Shown here in pieces: positions 42,501 through 54,500 of a stretch of 64,000 nucleotides of DNA. The stretch is from Lytechinus pictus (lineage: Eukaryota). The stretch is from assembly GCF_037042905.1 (NCBI RefSeq), contig NC_087247.1, positions 31,310,001 to 31,374,000 on the forward strand, read 5' to 3'. The position numbers and the translations under genes are program-made. The first letter of the stretch is position 1, and the number at the start of each line of letters is the position of its first letter. A model generated the notes under the pieces. It was not told where the DNA came from and did not search any database. It worked only from the letters and a program-made list of their open reading frames with translations.

Positions 42501-45500
42501 TTCCCCCAAAGTCGGATTTAGGCCTATTCAAAATATGCACTGGCAGTATAGTAGTACTACGCAATTGAGGTAGCCATTGATGTCACACACTTATTGTATA
42601 TTTTTACATGAAATATAAAATATTCAATTTTTTTTATTTTAATGTAAAATATGGTTTGTCTGCTTGTGAATACAATAATGTGTAATGCTAATAACTCTAA
42701 GATGATTAAGAACTTTTTCATTTTAAAATCTACAGAAATTGAAATATCTAATCTGATAAAATACAAATGGTTTGTTTTGCTTGTGTATGTTGTACATTGA
42801 ACTGATATATGATAAAGCAAAATATCAAATTTTAATAACTTATTTTTCATTCGATTTTGAAGAAATGGTCAGTGTTCGCTTGTGTAATATTTCTGTATTA
42901 ACCCTAATTCTCCCGGGGGGGGGGGGGGCATTATGCCCCCCCTCGACAATTTTCGCGATATATCTGCTGCGCAAAATTTTTTGACCTTGCCGCTCACTGA
43001 CTTTTTACTTTAAAGTCTCGCGCAAATTTTGGGACCAACTTTGTGATGCCCGGGTACGCGGTTACGACATTACGCAACATTATGTAAGTGCATGTCAGAC
43101 CCAAAATTGCTCATAAACGTGATTTCATGTACAAATCCAATGCAAATTGTGTATTTGGCCAAAATTCATAAATGTATCATTATTTCTACTTTTAATGATT
43201 AAACTTAATTAATTTTGCCTTGTTTATGATCAGAATTAAGTCTGGAACGATTTCCATCGAAAAAACAATGAAAAACAAAAAGTAAAAAAACAGAGAAATA
43301 CATAAGAAATTTAAAAAACAATAAAATACATAAGAATCGGTCTTGGTACCAGAATATTTTTCATTCACAATTGTTAGGAATGCCATAAAGAATATTTTCA
43401 CCAAAAAATAGCATTCTAGGAGCTTTATTTAGTGAATCAGAGCAAAAAGTATGATTTCATGAATAAATTAGCATAATTAATTCATATAAAATAAAAATAT
43501 ATGAATTCAGTGAAATTTACCAATGCAACTGCGTAGATTACGTCATTCTCTACCATCATGCAAATTTTTGTTGTGATCGTGCAATCCATGGCTGAGATCT
43601 TAAGGGGGGGCCATAATGGCCCCCCCCCCCCCCGGGAATGACAAGAATCAAAATACCCCGGGAGATTGAGGGTTAAAATCAACTGGTTGTTGGATACGGA
43701 CTTGGCCTTTTGAAATAAAAAATGTGCATTCATATTAATTTTTTTTATATGATTATGCATATAACAAAGAGCTTCCTGCAATGAGGACTATTCATAGGGA
43801 ATACCTATTCAGCATGAAAATCTAAACCAGATTGTGAAATAAGAGAACAAATCAATATGGCCTGCCTGTGGGCAGTCAGTCCGTGAAGATAATTACCCAA
43901 TGCTTTCAAAATTATTGACTTACCAATTTGCAAGGGACTGTCCAAATAACTTCCTCTTCATAATTTCCCTCTCGTTGTGGTATAGATACACTTATAGATA
44001 TTTATATTTTCTTTTCATATTGTTCAGTCTGTGGTATTATTTGTCTTTGATGAGATGAAAGGAAATGGCTCATTATTCTAAAGAGCGTAACCTTTTGGAT
44101 AGTTACTTCTATTTATTTTCCAGTGATACCCCCTCCACAAAATTGTTCCCTGAAACGTCTTTGAATATTGCTTTTCTTGGGTAAAAAAATGTTAACGCAT
44201 TCCCTAAACTCATCATGGCTTGTATTTGCAGCTTGTTGTTGTGACACTGCTTCCTTCTTGCTACGACTATTCAATGCCACTGCTAGCTACCCCATCTTCC
44301 CTCTCTGCAAATCACATTACTTCCAGAAACGGTCTGGCCTTGACACTGAAACAGGTTTAGGAGCAAGTAGATACACTAAAGCGTTTAGTGGTTGAATGTC
44401 TGCGCTAAGTGTACACTAATTTGATATTCACAACTTGCACTCTTGCCATCACAGCTTGGCACTTGAAATTGAATTCATTAGTGGAGCAAGCTGTAGAGCT
44501 TGGGTTTAAGGAATCAACCTTCTTCTCGAAAATAAATAAGAGAATCTTCTATTGCATTGATAATGTTATGACAAATAGGGGAGGGACTGGGGCTCTTTTC
44601 AGAGCAGTCAAAAAATAAAATCTTTCCAGACCCACTTTTTGAGCTCATCAGCGTAACTTTGCTCCACTGTATTACAGTTTAAATGGGACCTGATGAGAAT
44701 TCATCCGGCTCTTTTTTAGTTTTCCAGGGCTCGTTCAGGCAGTTAAGGGGGCGAATTCACCCTGAGCGCCTGCAAATTTCCAGTTTCAGAGCTTGATATT
44801 ATGAATGAAAATTCAATTTTACTCATACTTTCATAGTATTGCTAAATATATAGATAAAGTATGAGTGCATCATGCTCACTTATATATTTTAATCATGTGA
44901 CATTCTGGGTCCCATTTCATAAAAAGTTGCTTCATGATAGCAACTCTTGCTGGAATGTCAACTTTCAATGGAAGAGTTGTCATGGTAGTTGACATTTCAG
45001 CAAGGGTTGCTATCATATCAAACTTTTATGAAATGTGGTTCGGGTCATGTGATATGACAGAAAGTACGATGTGCGAAGCTCCCAATCATGCTATTATGCA
45101 TGCATATCTCTGCGTACATCGCTAAGATGTCTGATGATGAATTGATGATACAAACATGACTGCAATTTTCCAGGATAATTCCAGATGGTTTTTGAGCTTC
45201 ATTAGTGATTTCTGTGACATATTGTCTGCTACAGTCATTCCCGGGTGATATTATCATGGAGGTACTACAACCGAAGAGTATACGTGTATGAAGGAATTAG
45301 GCAGTATGCAGAGTGACTGAGTATGGGATGCATGGGGAGGATGTGTAACATGGTTATGTGCTGGCAGTGCCGCGAAGGGGAATATTTTGAATTATTCATG
45401 AGAATAATTTGACCAACATTCTACAGAAAAGTCTTTTAAAAAAAAACTTACAATGTAATATATTTCATTAATCACAATCTTTGTAAGCATTGGAAGAAAA

Positions 45501-48500
45501 TTATGATATTTATGATAATAATTATGACAAATATTAATTTATTAGATGAGAAGAATGGAGGATTTTATTCTGACACAATGTAAGATTTTTTTTTAATAGA
45601 AAAGAAGGCAAGAGGGTGTAAAAGGAAAAATACTGAATTTAACTAATTCATTTTTGTTCAGATGTTGTTGATTGCAATAACCTGTGGATAAGTTAATACA
45701 TCAATACTCCTTAAGGCAAATATATATGTCACTACCAGGAGGCCTATATGTATTTGTATCTATTGCATGGTCAAGGAAATGGATTGACTGCCTGAATTAG
45801 CTGCAGTTCTTTTTACGGGAGTGACCGGTCAAAACTATTGATTGATTGGGAAGGCAATAGAGGCTGTTCTCACTCAGTTCCTTAAACTAGTTTAGTGGAA
45901 ACTAGTTTAGTGGAAACTAGTTTAACGCTAAGTGAGAACGGTCGAAGCGCTCTTGGAAGCGCTCTTCCAAACCAGTTTGGAAGACCACCTCGCGATGTAG
46001 TTTTCAAGATCGCTTCGCATCGGAAAAGTGGTTTTAGCGTAAGTGAGGACACAACCGTTCTTCGGGAAGCGATCTTCGCACATTTTGAGCGCGCTACTCC
46101 ACACGACAGGTGTAGAATGCCTATGCTGCGGTTTCGAATTTCGCGCGAAACGTGTCACCCCACTGAGAGCGTTTCCATAGCAACAAGAGCGCTTTACGTG
46201 AAGTGATTTTGAAAACCACTTTCGTGTGATCAAGTGAGAACGCTAGCAAAGCGATCTTCCAAACTGGCTTTCTGAACCGGTTCCCAGTAAACTAGTTTTA
46301 GGAACGTAGTGAGAACAGCCTCTTAGATGATGATATATGACCCAATATAGAGAGCAGTTGATCCTGTATACAGGCATGACAGGTGTTATAGGGAAGTCAT
46401 CGTCAGAGGAGTAATGGCGCAATCACATTTCTTCGACCGGTACGTTACGGCATGCTGAAAGCAGCTGTTACATTTTTGTACCAGACACATAAAGGTGGTT
46501 TGAATAAAAATGAAGAAAATGGCTGTTTTAGTCTCGCAGTATGGCCGCGGTAGGGAAAATGTGACTGCAGCATAAAGTTTAGTGAATTCACCATATTTAG
46601 GCTAACGCAGAACAAATCTCTACTAAAAACGTCTTTGTGAATTGATTAGCTATCAATAGTCCATATGAATTTTCAGGGGGTTTCGTAACATTTTTTATCT
46701 TCTAGTCCTATCCATATTTTCATAGAAATTCTTATACAGTGCGTATCAAAAAAAAGTTTACACTTAAAAAAATCCTGTAAAATTATACATTTGTAATATC
46801 CTGAAGATTTTTCCACATTTTAACATTGGTACAGATCCATTTAAGCAAATGATGATATAACTGTCGAAAAATATTTCCGCTTGAGTGAGCACCACTTACT
46901 TTTGTAAAGTTAGTGAAAAATGATTTGCGCAGAACTTTGAAATAGTTATGCGAATAAAAGTAGACCTTAATCATGAAGAACACGTTGAATTTAGCTAGTA
47001 AAATTGATTTGAAGATATCTTTTACCTTTTTAACTTGTTTCCTTGCCCAAAACACTTCGAAGAGTGCATTGCGCCCCACCCCACTCCCCCACACACCGAG
47101 GCCATCTTGACGATATTTGCTTTACACTGAGCTGTGAATTACATGAAATGGCTTAGGCTTGATTTTCATTTTGTTAATCATTGTCAAGCTTGGAAAAGGT
47201 GTGGAGAAACAAGTATTAAATAAAAAATGAAATGTAAACCCACTTTAAATGATAAAAAAAATGAAAAAATGATGGAAATGTCTGATATAAACTTTTGTTC
47301 AGATTTAGTTATGTCCTCAGATCCAGCTGGCACAAAAAGGGTAAAAGTTGTGCTTACTAAGTGTTGAAATTTCAATTTGGGTGGCAAAATTGTTACAAAA
47401 TGCTTGAATGTATCTGTTTTATTTCAATTGACTAAAAGTGCAAGGGAAATGTATGAGAAATGTTTCGAAGGGTAAATTTGATTTCACCCTTTCCCCTTGA
47501 CACAGCGTGAAAACAAGCATTTCTGCGCAAACAGATTTCTGCGAGCTTTACAAAAATGGACAGTGCTCACTCAAGTGTAACATTCTGTCATAACTTTTAC
47601 TTTCATTGGATAGATGAGACCCAAACCTAAGATTATATGTGAAAAAATTACCCACATGTTGTATATTTTTTAATTCCCAGGGCTTTTTCAAAGTGTAAAC
47701 TTTTTTTTGATACGCACTGTATAGTGAACAGAGACAAAACAGGACACAGGTCTATTGCTTCAGCTACTGTATCATGTAACAAGACTTCATCAGAACCCCT
47801 CCCCCATGTCTTGCATCATTTGTTGTCTTTATTCTGTCACACTAATTAATTATTTCTCAACAAATCAAATGCATGTAGTACTCATCATCACGGTACATTT
47901 TTATATACCGGTATGTAGGCAAACATTTTTATATGTATTGTACAGTATATAATGTTTTGCGAGAGATGATGTTGGGAGAGATAATTGGTTGCTTTGTGAA
48001 ATGCTTTCACACGACAAGGAATGGGAGAATATCTCTATCCATTTCTGTAGATTTCGTGACATTTTTTGTTCCTCTAGGGTGGACAGAATGACCCTCTTCG
48101 ATATGCCACTGTACAAAATTATAATTTCCAAGGGGGGAGGGGACTTGTCTCCCCGTTCCCCTTGTATGTGCGTCTCTTTCCATATACAACATATTTGAAT
48201 TTAAAAAATGGCAACCGTTTTTAGCTTTATTTCCTTTCGATCAACTACATGTCTAGCATTCTGAGTGATATCGTATGCCTCATCCTTGAGTCATCAATTG
48301 ATATTTTTCTTCGTTTGATATCGCAGAGAATAGTTCTAAGCAAATGGTATTATAATTGACTGATTGCTATACATCACAATCAATATCCGTTTAATCTAAC
48401 AACGTTTTGCTCCCATGTTCCTGTATGGTAGCTTTATCGGTATTGTTGTTAACTGGACGTTTATTTCTTGGAATTTATTGGTATGTGCTTTATGGGTACT

Positions 48501-51500
48501 ATTCAGTTTGATAGCCTGTTAAAAAGTTTTTGGCAATCTGGTATTTCCAAGTTTGGCTGTTTTGTGAGAATCAAAGGTAGGATTATATGATGACAAGGCT
48601 GGGTCAAACAGAAAAAAAATGAAGCACAGAACTTGGTACATCTTGAAATTAGTTAAAATGGCTTGAATACTTAAATACAGGTTTATTTTTTATATTTGCA
48701 TATTAATCTGGGGTCCAAGTTTCTCCTTGATTTTAGTTTAAAGCTAAATAAGTCCTTTCATGTTGTAGGAGACAATGATTTTATGAGGATTTTTAAAAAA
48801 TTAAGGTTAATTGTCACTGTACATGATCGATCTAGATATAAACCTGACTATGGAATCATGAAATCTGTAATAGCTGAAAAATGATTGCGCTGAAGGTCAC
48901 CAACACCGATAGGCACTTGTAGGACGGAATTATTAAAGCTTGGAAAAAGACCAGACACATGGTTGGAATGCCATGCCCATTTTGTCATCATAAATGTTTA
49001 CTGGTACCCATTTTCTATTAAAATCAGTGGGCACATATTTTTTTAAAATATATTCATACATGTACATTTTAGTAGATTTGTCATTACCACTTTTGTTCAA
49101 GAAAACCACTTGAGTGCACCTATAAAATATTAGCAACCATTCAGATGTCATCTAGTGTATGCGATCTGTTGCTCCAGGATACCAGTTTGCTCTGGTGCAG
49201 GAATTTGCACGAAGATCATTCCCAAGGGGGAGGAATCGAAAATCATGAATTACAAAGTTTACATCTGTACCCACTCCAACACGTTCTTGTGAATGGGTAA
49301 AGACTTCCGCTGTGTGAAGGCAAATCAAATACAGGTAGTATACATTGGATTCCAATTTCTGCTATTCATGAGGGATAGATCCTCCTCTGCAGGTCAGTGG
49401 CTGGAGTGTGACTCACGCATCTGGCCTTCCGATTTGATTTGCATCGTTTTGTTTCCTGGACCCTTTTTCCCTCGTCAATTTTTCATTCTGCATCTACTTT
49501 TCATTTCTAGAGGGGTTGAGTGGGTATAAATGAGCAGTCTGTATAGAAAAGTGCTTTTGACTGCATGGGATTGTGATTCAGGTTTTTTTTATGCCTCAAG
49601 CCAGAAGATCATGGGGGGATTTCTTGAATGAATGAATGAATCTTTATTTCGTTTCAATTCCGATATTAAACAGAACAGTAAATCATTGCAATACAAGTAA
49701 ATAGCAAAGAACAAAAGTAAATACAGGATAATATACATAATACATGCACTACTTTTTATGGAACATTAGTAACACCCATGAGAAAAGATGGAAATGAAAC
49801 GTGGTGACCTACTAAGAAGCTTAGCTTGTGGGCCATAGGCCACCAGAATGTTATAAACTTACATTAGCAATCATTTAAAACATCATAGAACAAGCAAACA
49901 AAAAATTTGAGTAAATAACCAAAGTACAGATATACATATTTACAAAAGATACACTAAAAAGTAACAAAAAAGTGAAATGCAGAATGCAAACAAATTGTAT
50001 TAGACCTTAAGTATAAGAATCTGAAATTCGAAAAGATGAAAGAAAAGAGGAAAAAATAAAGAAAATAAGCAGAGCTCTTCTTGTGACCATCTAACTCATT
50101 CTGCATCTGCTTTTCATTTCTAAAGGGGTTGAGTGGGTTTAAATGAGCAGTCATGCTATTAAAGGAAAGTACTTTTGTTTGCATGGAAAATTGGAAATGT
50201 GATTCAGGTTTTTGTGTGTCAAGCCAGAGAATCATGGGGGGGGGGGAGTAGGGGAAAGCGGGGATTCTCATGACTGTTCATATAGGAAGATATGATGGGA
50301 ATTCTTTTCATTGTGAATAAGGATAATATCTCTGAGATGAAGCGGTATGTAATAGGTTTCCATGGTGATTTTAGCTCTTAAAAGGTTGCCTGGGGAAATG
50401 AAGATATTGTAATGATTCCCTGAGTAGGGGATGATGGGTCACTGGCATTAGCAAGCAAACCAGATTTTTACTCCTGTTCAATGAACTTAAAACTTGTACT
50501 TGCTCATAACCTGATCTGACCTATAGTCCTAATGTGCCGAAAGGTTATGTAACAAATGTGATCTCATCACTTTACGTCCTGATCTGGGTCGGCGCCAGGG
50601 TAATTTGATTGGGGGGGCATTCACTGTGACAACTCAACTTTTGCTTTGAAGTTTACTTGTGGAGAAAAATTGTGTATGTCACGGGATTTCAATAGATGTA
50701 GGGAGTCTTTCATGAAAGAAATCGTCAGTGATTTAACCTGACAAATTTGTTGTGAGCCGATCAGACGACTTCTTTTGTCAGTCATGAAATGCTCTTCTAA
50801 AGATGTTCCTTCTGTCTGACAAAATATATCAAAATGTGAACTGTTTGTAAGATTTCCCACAGAAATATTCAAAGCACGTGAGAATTGCTGCCCGGTTTTT
50901 TAAAAATGTTTGCCATATTGAGCAAACTTACAAAAGAATGGTGTGCATTCCGGAATGCATTTGTTGTCGTTTGAAGGATAACTGTTGCACTCTTTTTTCA
51001 AAGATTTCCATGACTTAGTCATACCGTAAGATCAAAGACCTGAGTGAGTAGAATCGATAAGTAAGGGGAGCCAGCGTTATTGGAAATAGGGATTTTCAGT
51101 GTTTATGTCTCTGTCAACGATTCACAACATGGCTCTCCCCTGAGGCTGATTGATGAGTTCAATTAGCTTTTGCATAGCTCAACAGAGATTAGTCTCTTTC
51201 TCAAAACCCCTATTTGTTTGTGATAAAAGATATAAAATAATGATAATAATGGTATTTTATTTTTAAATCAATTTGTAGCTTTTGCTGAATAGAACTGCCA
51301 ACCAGTAAGATTTTATCAGATTTAGTAAGATTTTTTTCATTCAAACTAATAAAATGAAAGCAATAATCAGATTTTTTTTAAATATGGGCAGTATACTTTA
51401 AGGGTTTTATAGACTCTACATGTAGATCAGACTTTTTCTTTGTTTTAGTAAGATTTTTCAGTTTTAAAGGTTGTCATATATGAACCTGTAGTAGATATTT

Positions 51501-54500
51501 TACAGATCATATATATATATATATGAAAAAAAGCATAAATACAGCGATACGGGTGCTTGACATTCAACGTTCACATGGATTTTCCCAAATTATCATCTTT
51601 GTTCTTTTCTTACGCATTTGAATATAGAATGGAAATGAATTGTGAGTTTACTAGTGTCTATTGAGAGACAGAAATTAAATGGATGGGGTTTTGCTTTTAT
51701 TGATGAGTTTAATAAACAACAATATGGTAATTGATAGTGAGTTTCAGTTTTGATATGTTCTTCCTGCTACATCCATCTACAGTTAAAGACAAAACACAGA
51801 TTACTATGTCCATGCATCGCCATCCAAAATGAATATTGTATGCAATGGCTTTATGATATGATGATATTCTAGCGCAAAACAAGGATGGGTACAAGCCCTC
51901 ATCCCTGTTCCCAAATTATGCTAAGTATGCATGGATGCCTAGAGTACACTTCAACCAATTTGATTTGAAGCTCATCAGCGTGTGGAGACCTTCTCATTAA
52001 GTTTTCATCAGATATGATATGGGGGGTTAGTAAGAAATAATTCATCCCCCTACAGAGCTCAGCGAGCTGATGATGACTAGGTGGTTCCCCATTAGCCCGA
52101 GTGTGCTTAATCCTATTCAGGTTAATCCTATTCGGGTTAAGCGCAAGTTAATACCGACTTGCAAATCAGGCAGATAATCCAAGTTATTGACGTAAATAAG
52201 TTTATCTATATTTGCCACTCTCCACCCAGGTGTAGTAAGTGGGTACCCAGTAGGAATGAATCCCAGAGCACCTGATCAGTGTGGCCGCGGTGAAGCAGGG
52301 GGAATAGATTGCGTCTTCATTAGAAATAGTGCAATACTGTATTTTGTAAACAAGGGCTAATGGAAATGTGCCTTGAGTAACAACACTCTTTAAGGGTGTA
52401 ATTCAAGTTCCTTCCAGGCCATGTACCACAAAAAATACAATCAGTTTTTGAAGCATAACTACACATTGTACGTGTATGTAATTTAAGTACAAAATGTTAC
52501 AATCATTTGTTAATCTAGAGAGTGAATTTGTATAAATTTGTATTTCAACAACCAATAAGGAGAACAGCAATAATATTTTACTTGGGTAATTCTGAGGCAT
52601 TGGTTGTTGTTTATATGTTATATGTTTCCTTTAGAGATTTGCTGCCATGTCATTGTACCTTGTTGTACATGTATGTTCGTGAAAAATAGAATAAACATTA
52701 ACATAAATAAAGGAATATTTGATGAATAGAGATTCCATTACCTCACACATTCTTATGCACCCATTATGCAACAACTTTCTATTCATGAAACTCTTTACGA
52801 TATTGTCGCTGACATTTTTCGAGGAGACACGCCTATGTATTGAAGTCATGGAGCCGATACCTCTTTAGCTATATACCCAGGGAAATAGTAGATAGCCTAG
52901 CCCTCCTTGTTATTCAGGTCAGCTAAAATTGCATTCATTAGATGTTTTTATGGAAGGGCTGCTTACGTAAAAGAGGGAGGCAAATATGAGTGCGATGCTG
53001 TAGGAAGCATCCTGAGTAGGATAATGCCAGCAATATCGATGCCATTATTTGAGATATTGCCAATTTACGAGAAACTAACCTTCTGAGAAGGAGAGTTTGT
53101 TTTTGTGTGGTTTTTTTTTTCTAATGCAGTTTCATCAAGACATTTTGATCAGGAAATGATAAAATGTCAATAATCTATCGAAAGTATCTACCCTTCATAC
53201 TCCATTCTTCCTTTCATTTTTGTCATCGTCAATTTTAAGGTAGTTCACAATTAGATCTATTATTTTAAGGTGCTTATGAATGCATGTATCGAAGAAAGAG
53301 TTTATGTTCTTGTGTTAAAGTCCAAATCCACTGCAACAATGATTTTATTTGAATAAAAGAAAAAAAAATCAAACAAGCATAATGTACAATTTCATCTAAA
53401 TCGGATATAAAATAAGAAAGTAAAAGAATTAAACTTTGTGTAAAAACAATTTGAAGCGTATCCTTGCCTGTATGCAAAGAAGGAGCTGGTATTGTACATC
53501 ACTCATTCACTGTTTCTTTTGTAATTTACTATGGAAATATCAATGTTGATAGTTTTGATGATAAAAAAGAATCTCTATCGAATCACAATAAATTATAGTC
53601 ATGGTGATTCTGCAGTTTCCATGAGGAATCAAACCATTTCCTACATTATTTTACGGGGGGAAAAGGAAAAATAAGAAGTTTTTCACAAAGATTAGTCTGA
53701 CTAAAAATTGAATTTAAATTCCCGGCTTTATGTAGTTTGTGACGTACATTATACCACGTATCATCAAAGAATAAGATAACACATTTAATAAAACTCATAT
53801 GCATGTTGGCACGTCAGCATAACTTGCAGCAGTTGCAGTAGGCTTTTTGAAACAACCTACCTCCCCTGATCAAGTGTATCAGTAGCATCCACCCTACTTT
53901 CTCCCTCTCCACCAGCAGGAAAATAAATCTTTGTTTATTAATAACATCAGACTGCGTAGGTAATAAATTTTCCTCTGTCTATGGCAGTTATTTGTAGGAA
54001 ATATCTGTTTTCTTTCCTATTCCTCTTCAGCTTATAGTCCTCAATGTAGCTGGAGTATCCTTTTCTTAAAGGACAAATTGCGTATCCTTGATGTTCACTT
54101 CTCTAAAGTATTTGTGCAAGGCATTCATGTGCAATTTATTAAATACTTTTCTTGGTTGAAAATATACAAAAGCCTGATTATGGCGATCCACAGATTTTAT
54201 ATGGGAGAGAAATAATTATGCTTGGTTAAGGTGGGGCAAACTATCACTACTGATGAGATTTTGCTTTTTAAAAAGAAAGTATTAAAAACAACTTTTAATA
54301 CACTTCACACAAAGAGTTCATGGGCCACAGTTGTAAATCTTTGGAATATTAGGGCTCCCACAATAGATTTGGTGTCAGAGAAATGGAAGCTTTTATATTC
54401 TCTCATCAGACTTATAACTCACTCAGACTGAAGTATATCTCAGTGTCATTATGGGGCAAAACTTATTTAAACTTTAAAATCAATGTTTTCTTAATTTTCC

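Noticed and set aside
45895-46233. ORFs of ~100 aa on both strands
   Set aside because: They lie inside a GC-rich MITE and show no transposase or other motifs.
425-54431. Remaining 60-125 aa ORFs in the track
   Set aside because: AT-rich random composition, with no splice-consistent structure or recognisable domain. No autonomous transposase or reverse transcriptase was seen.
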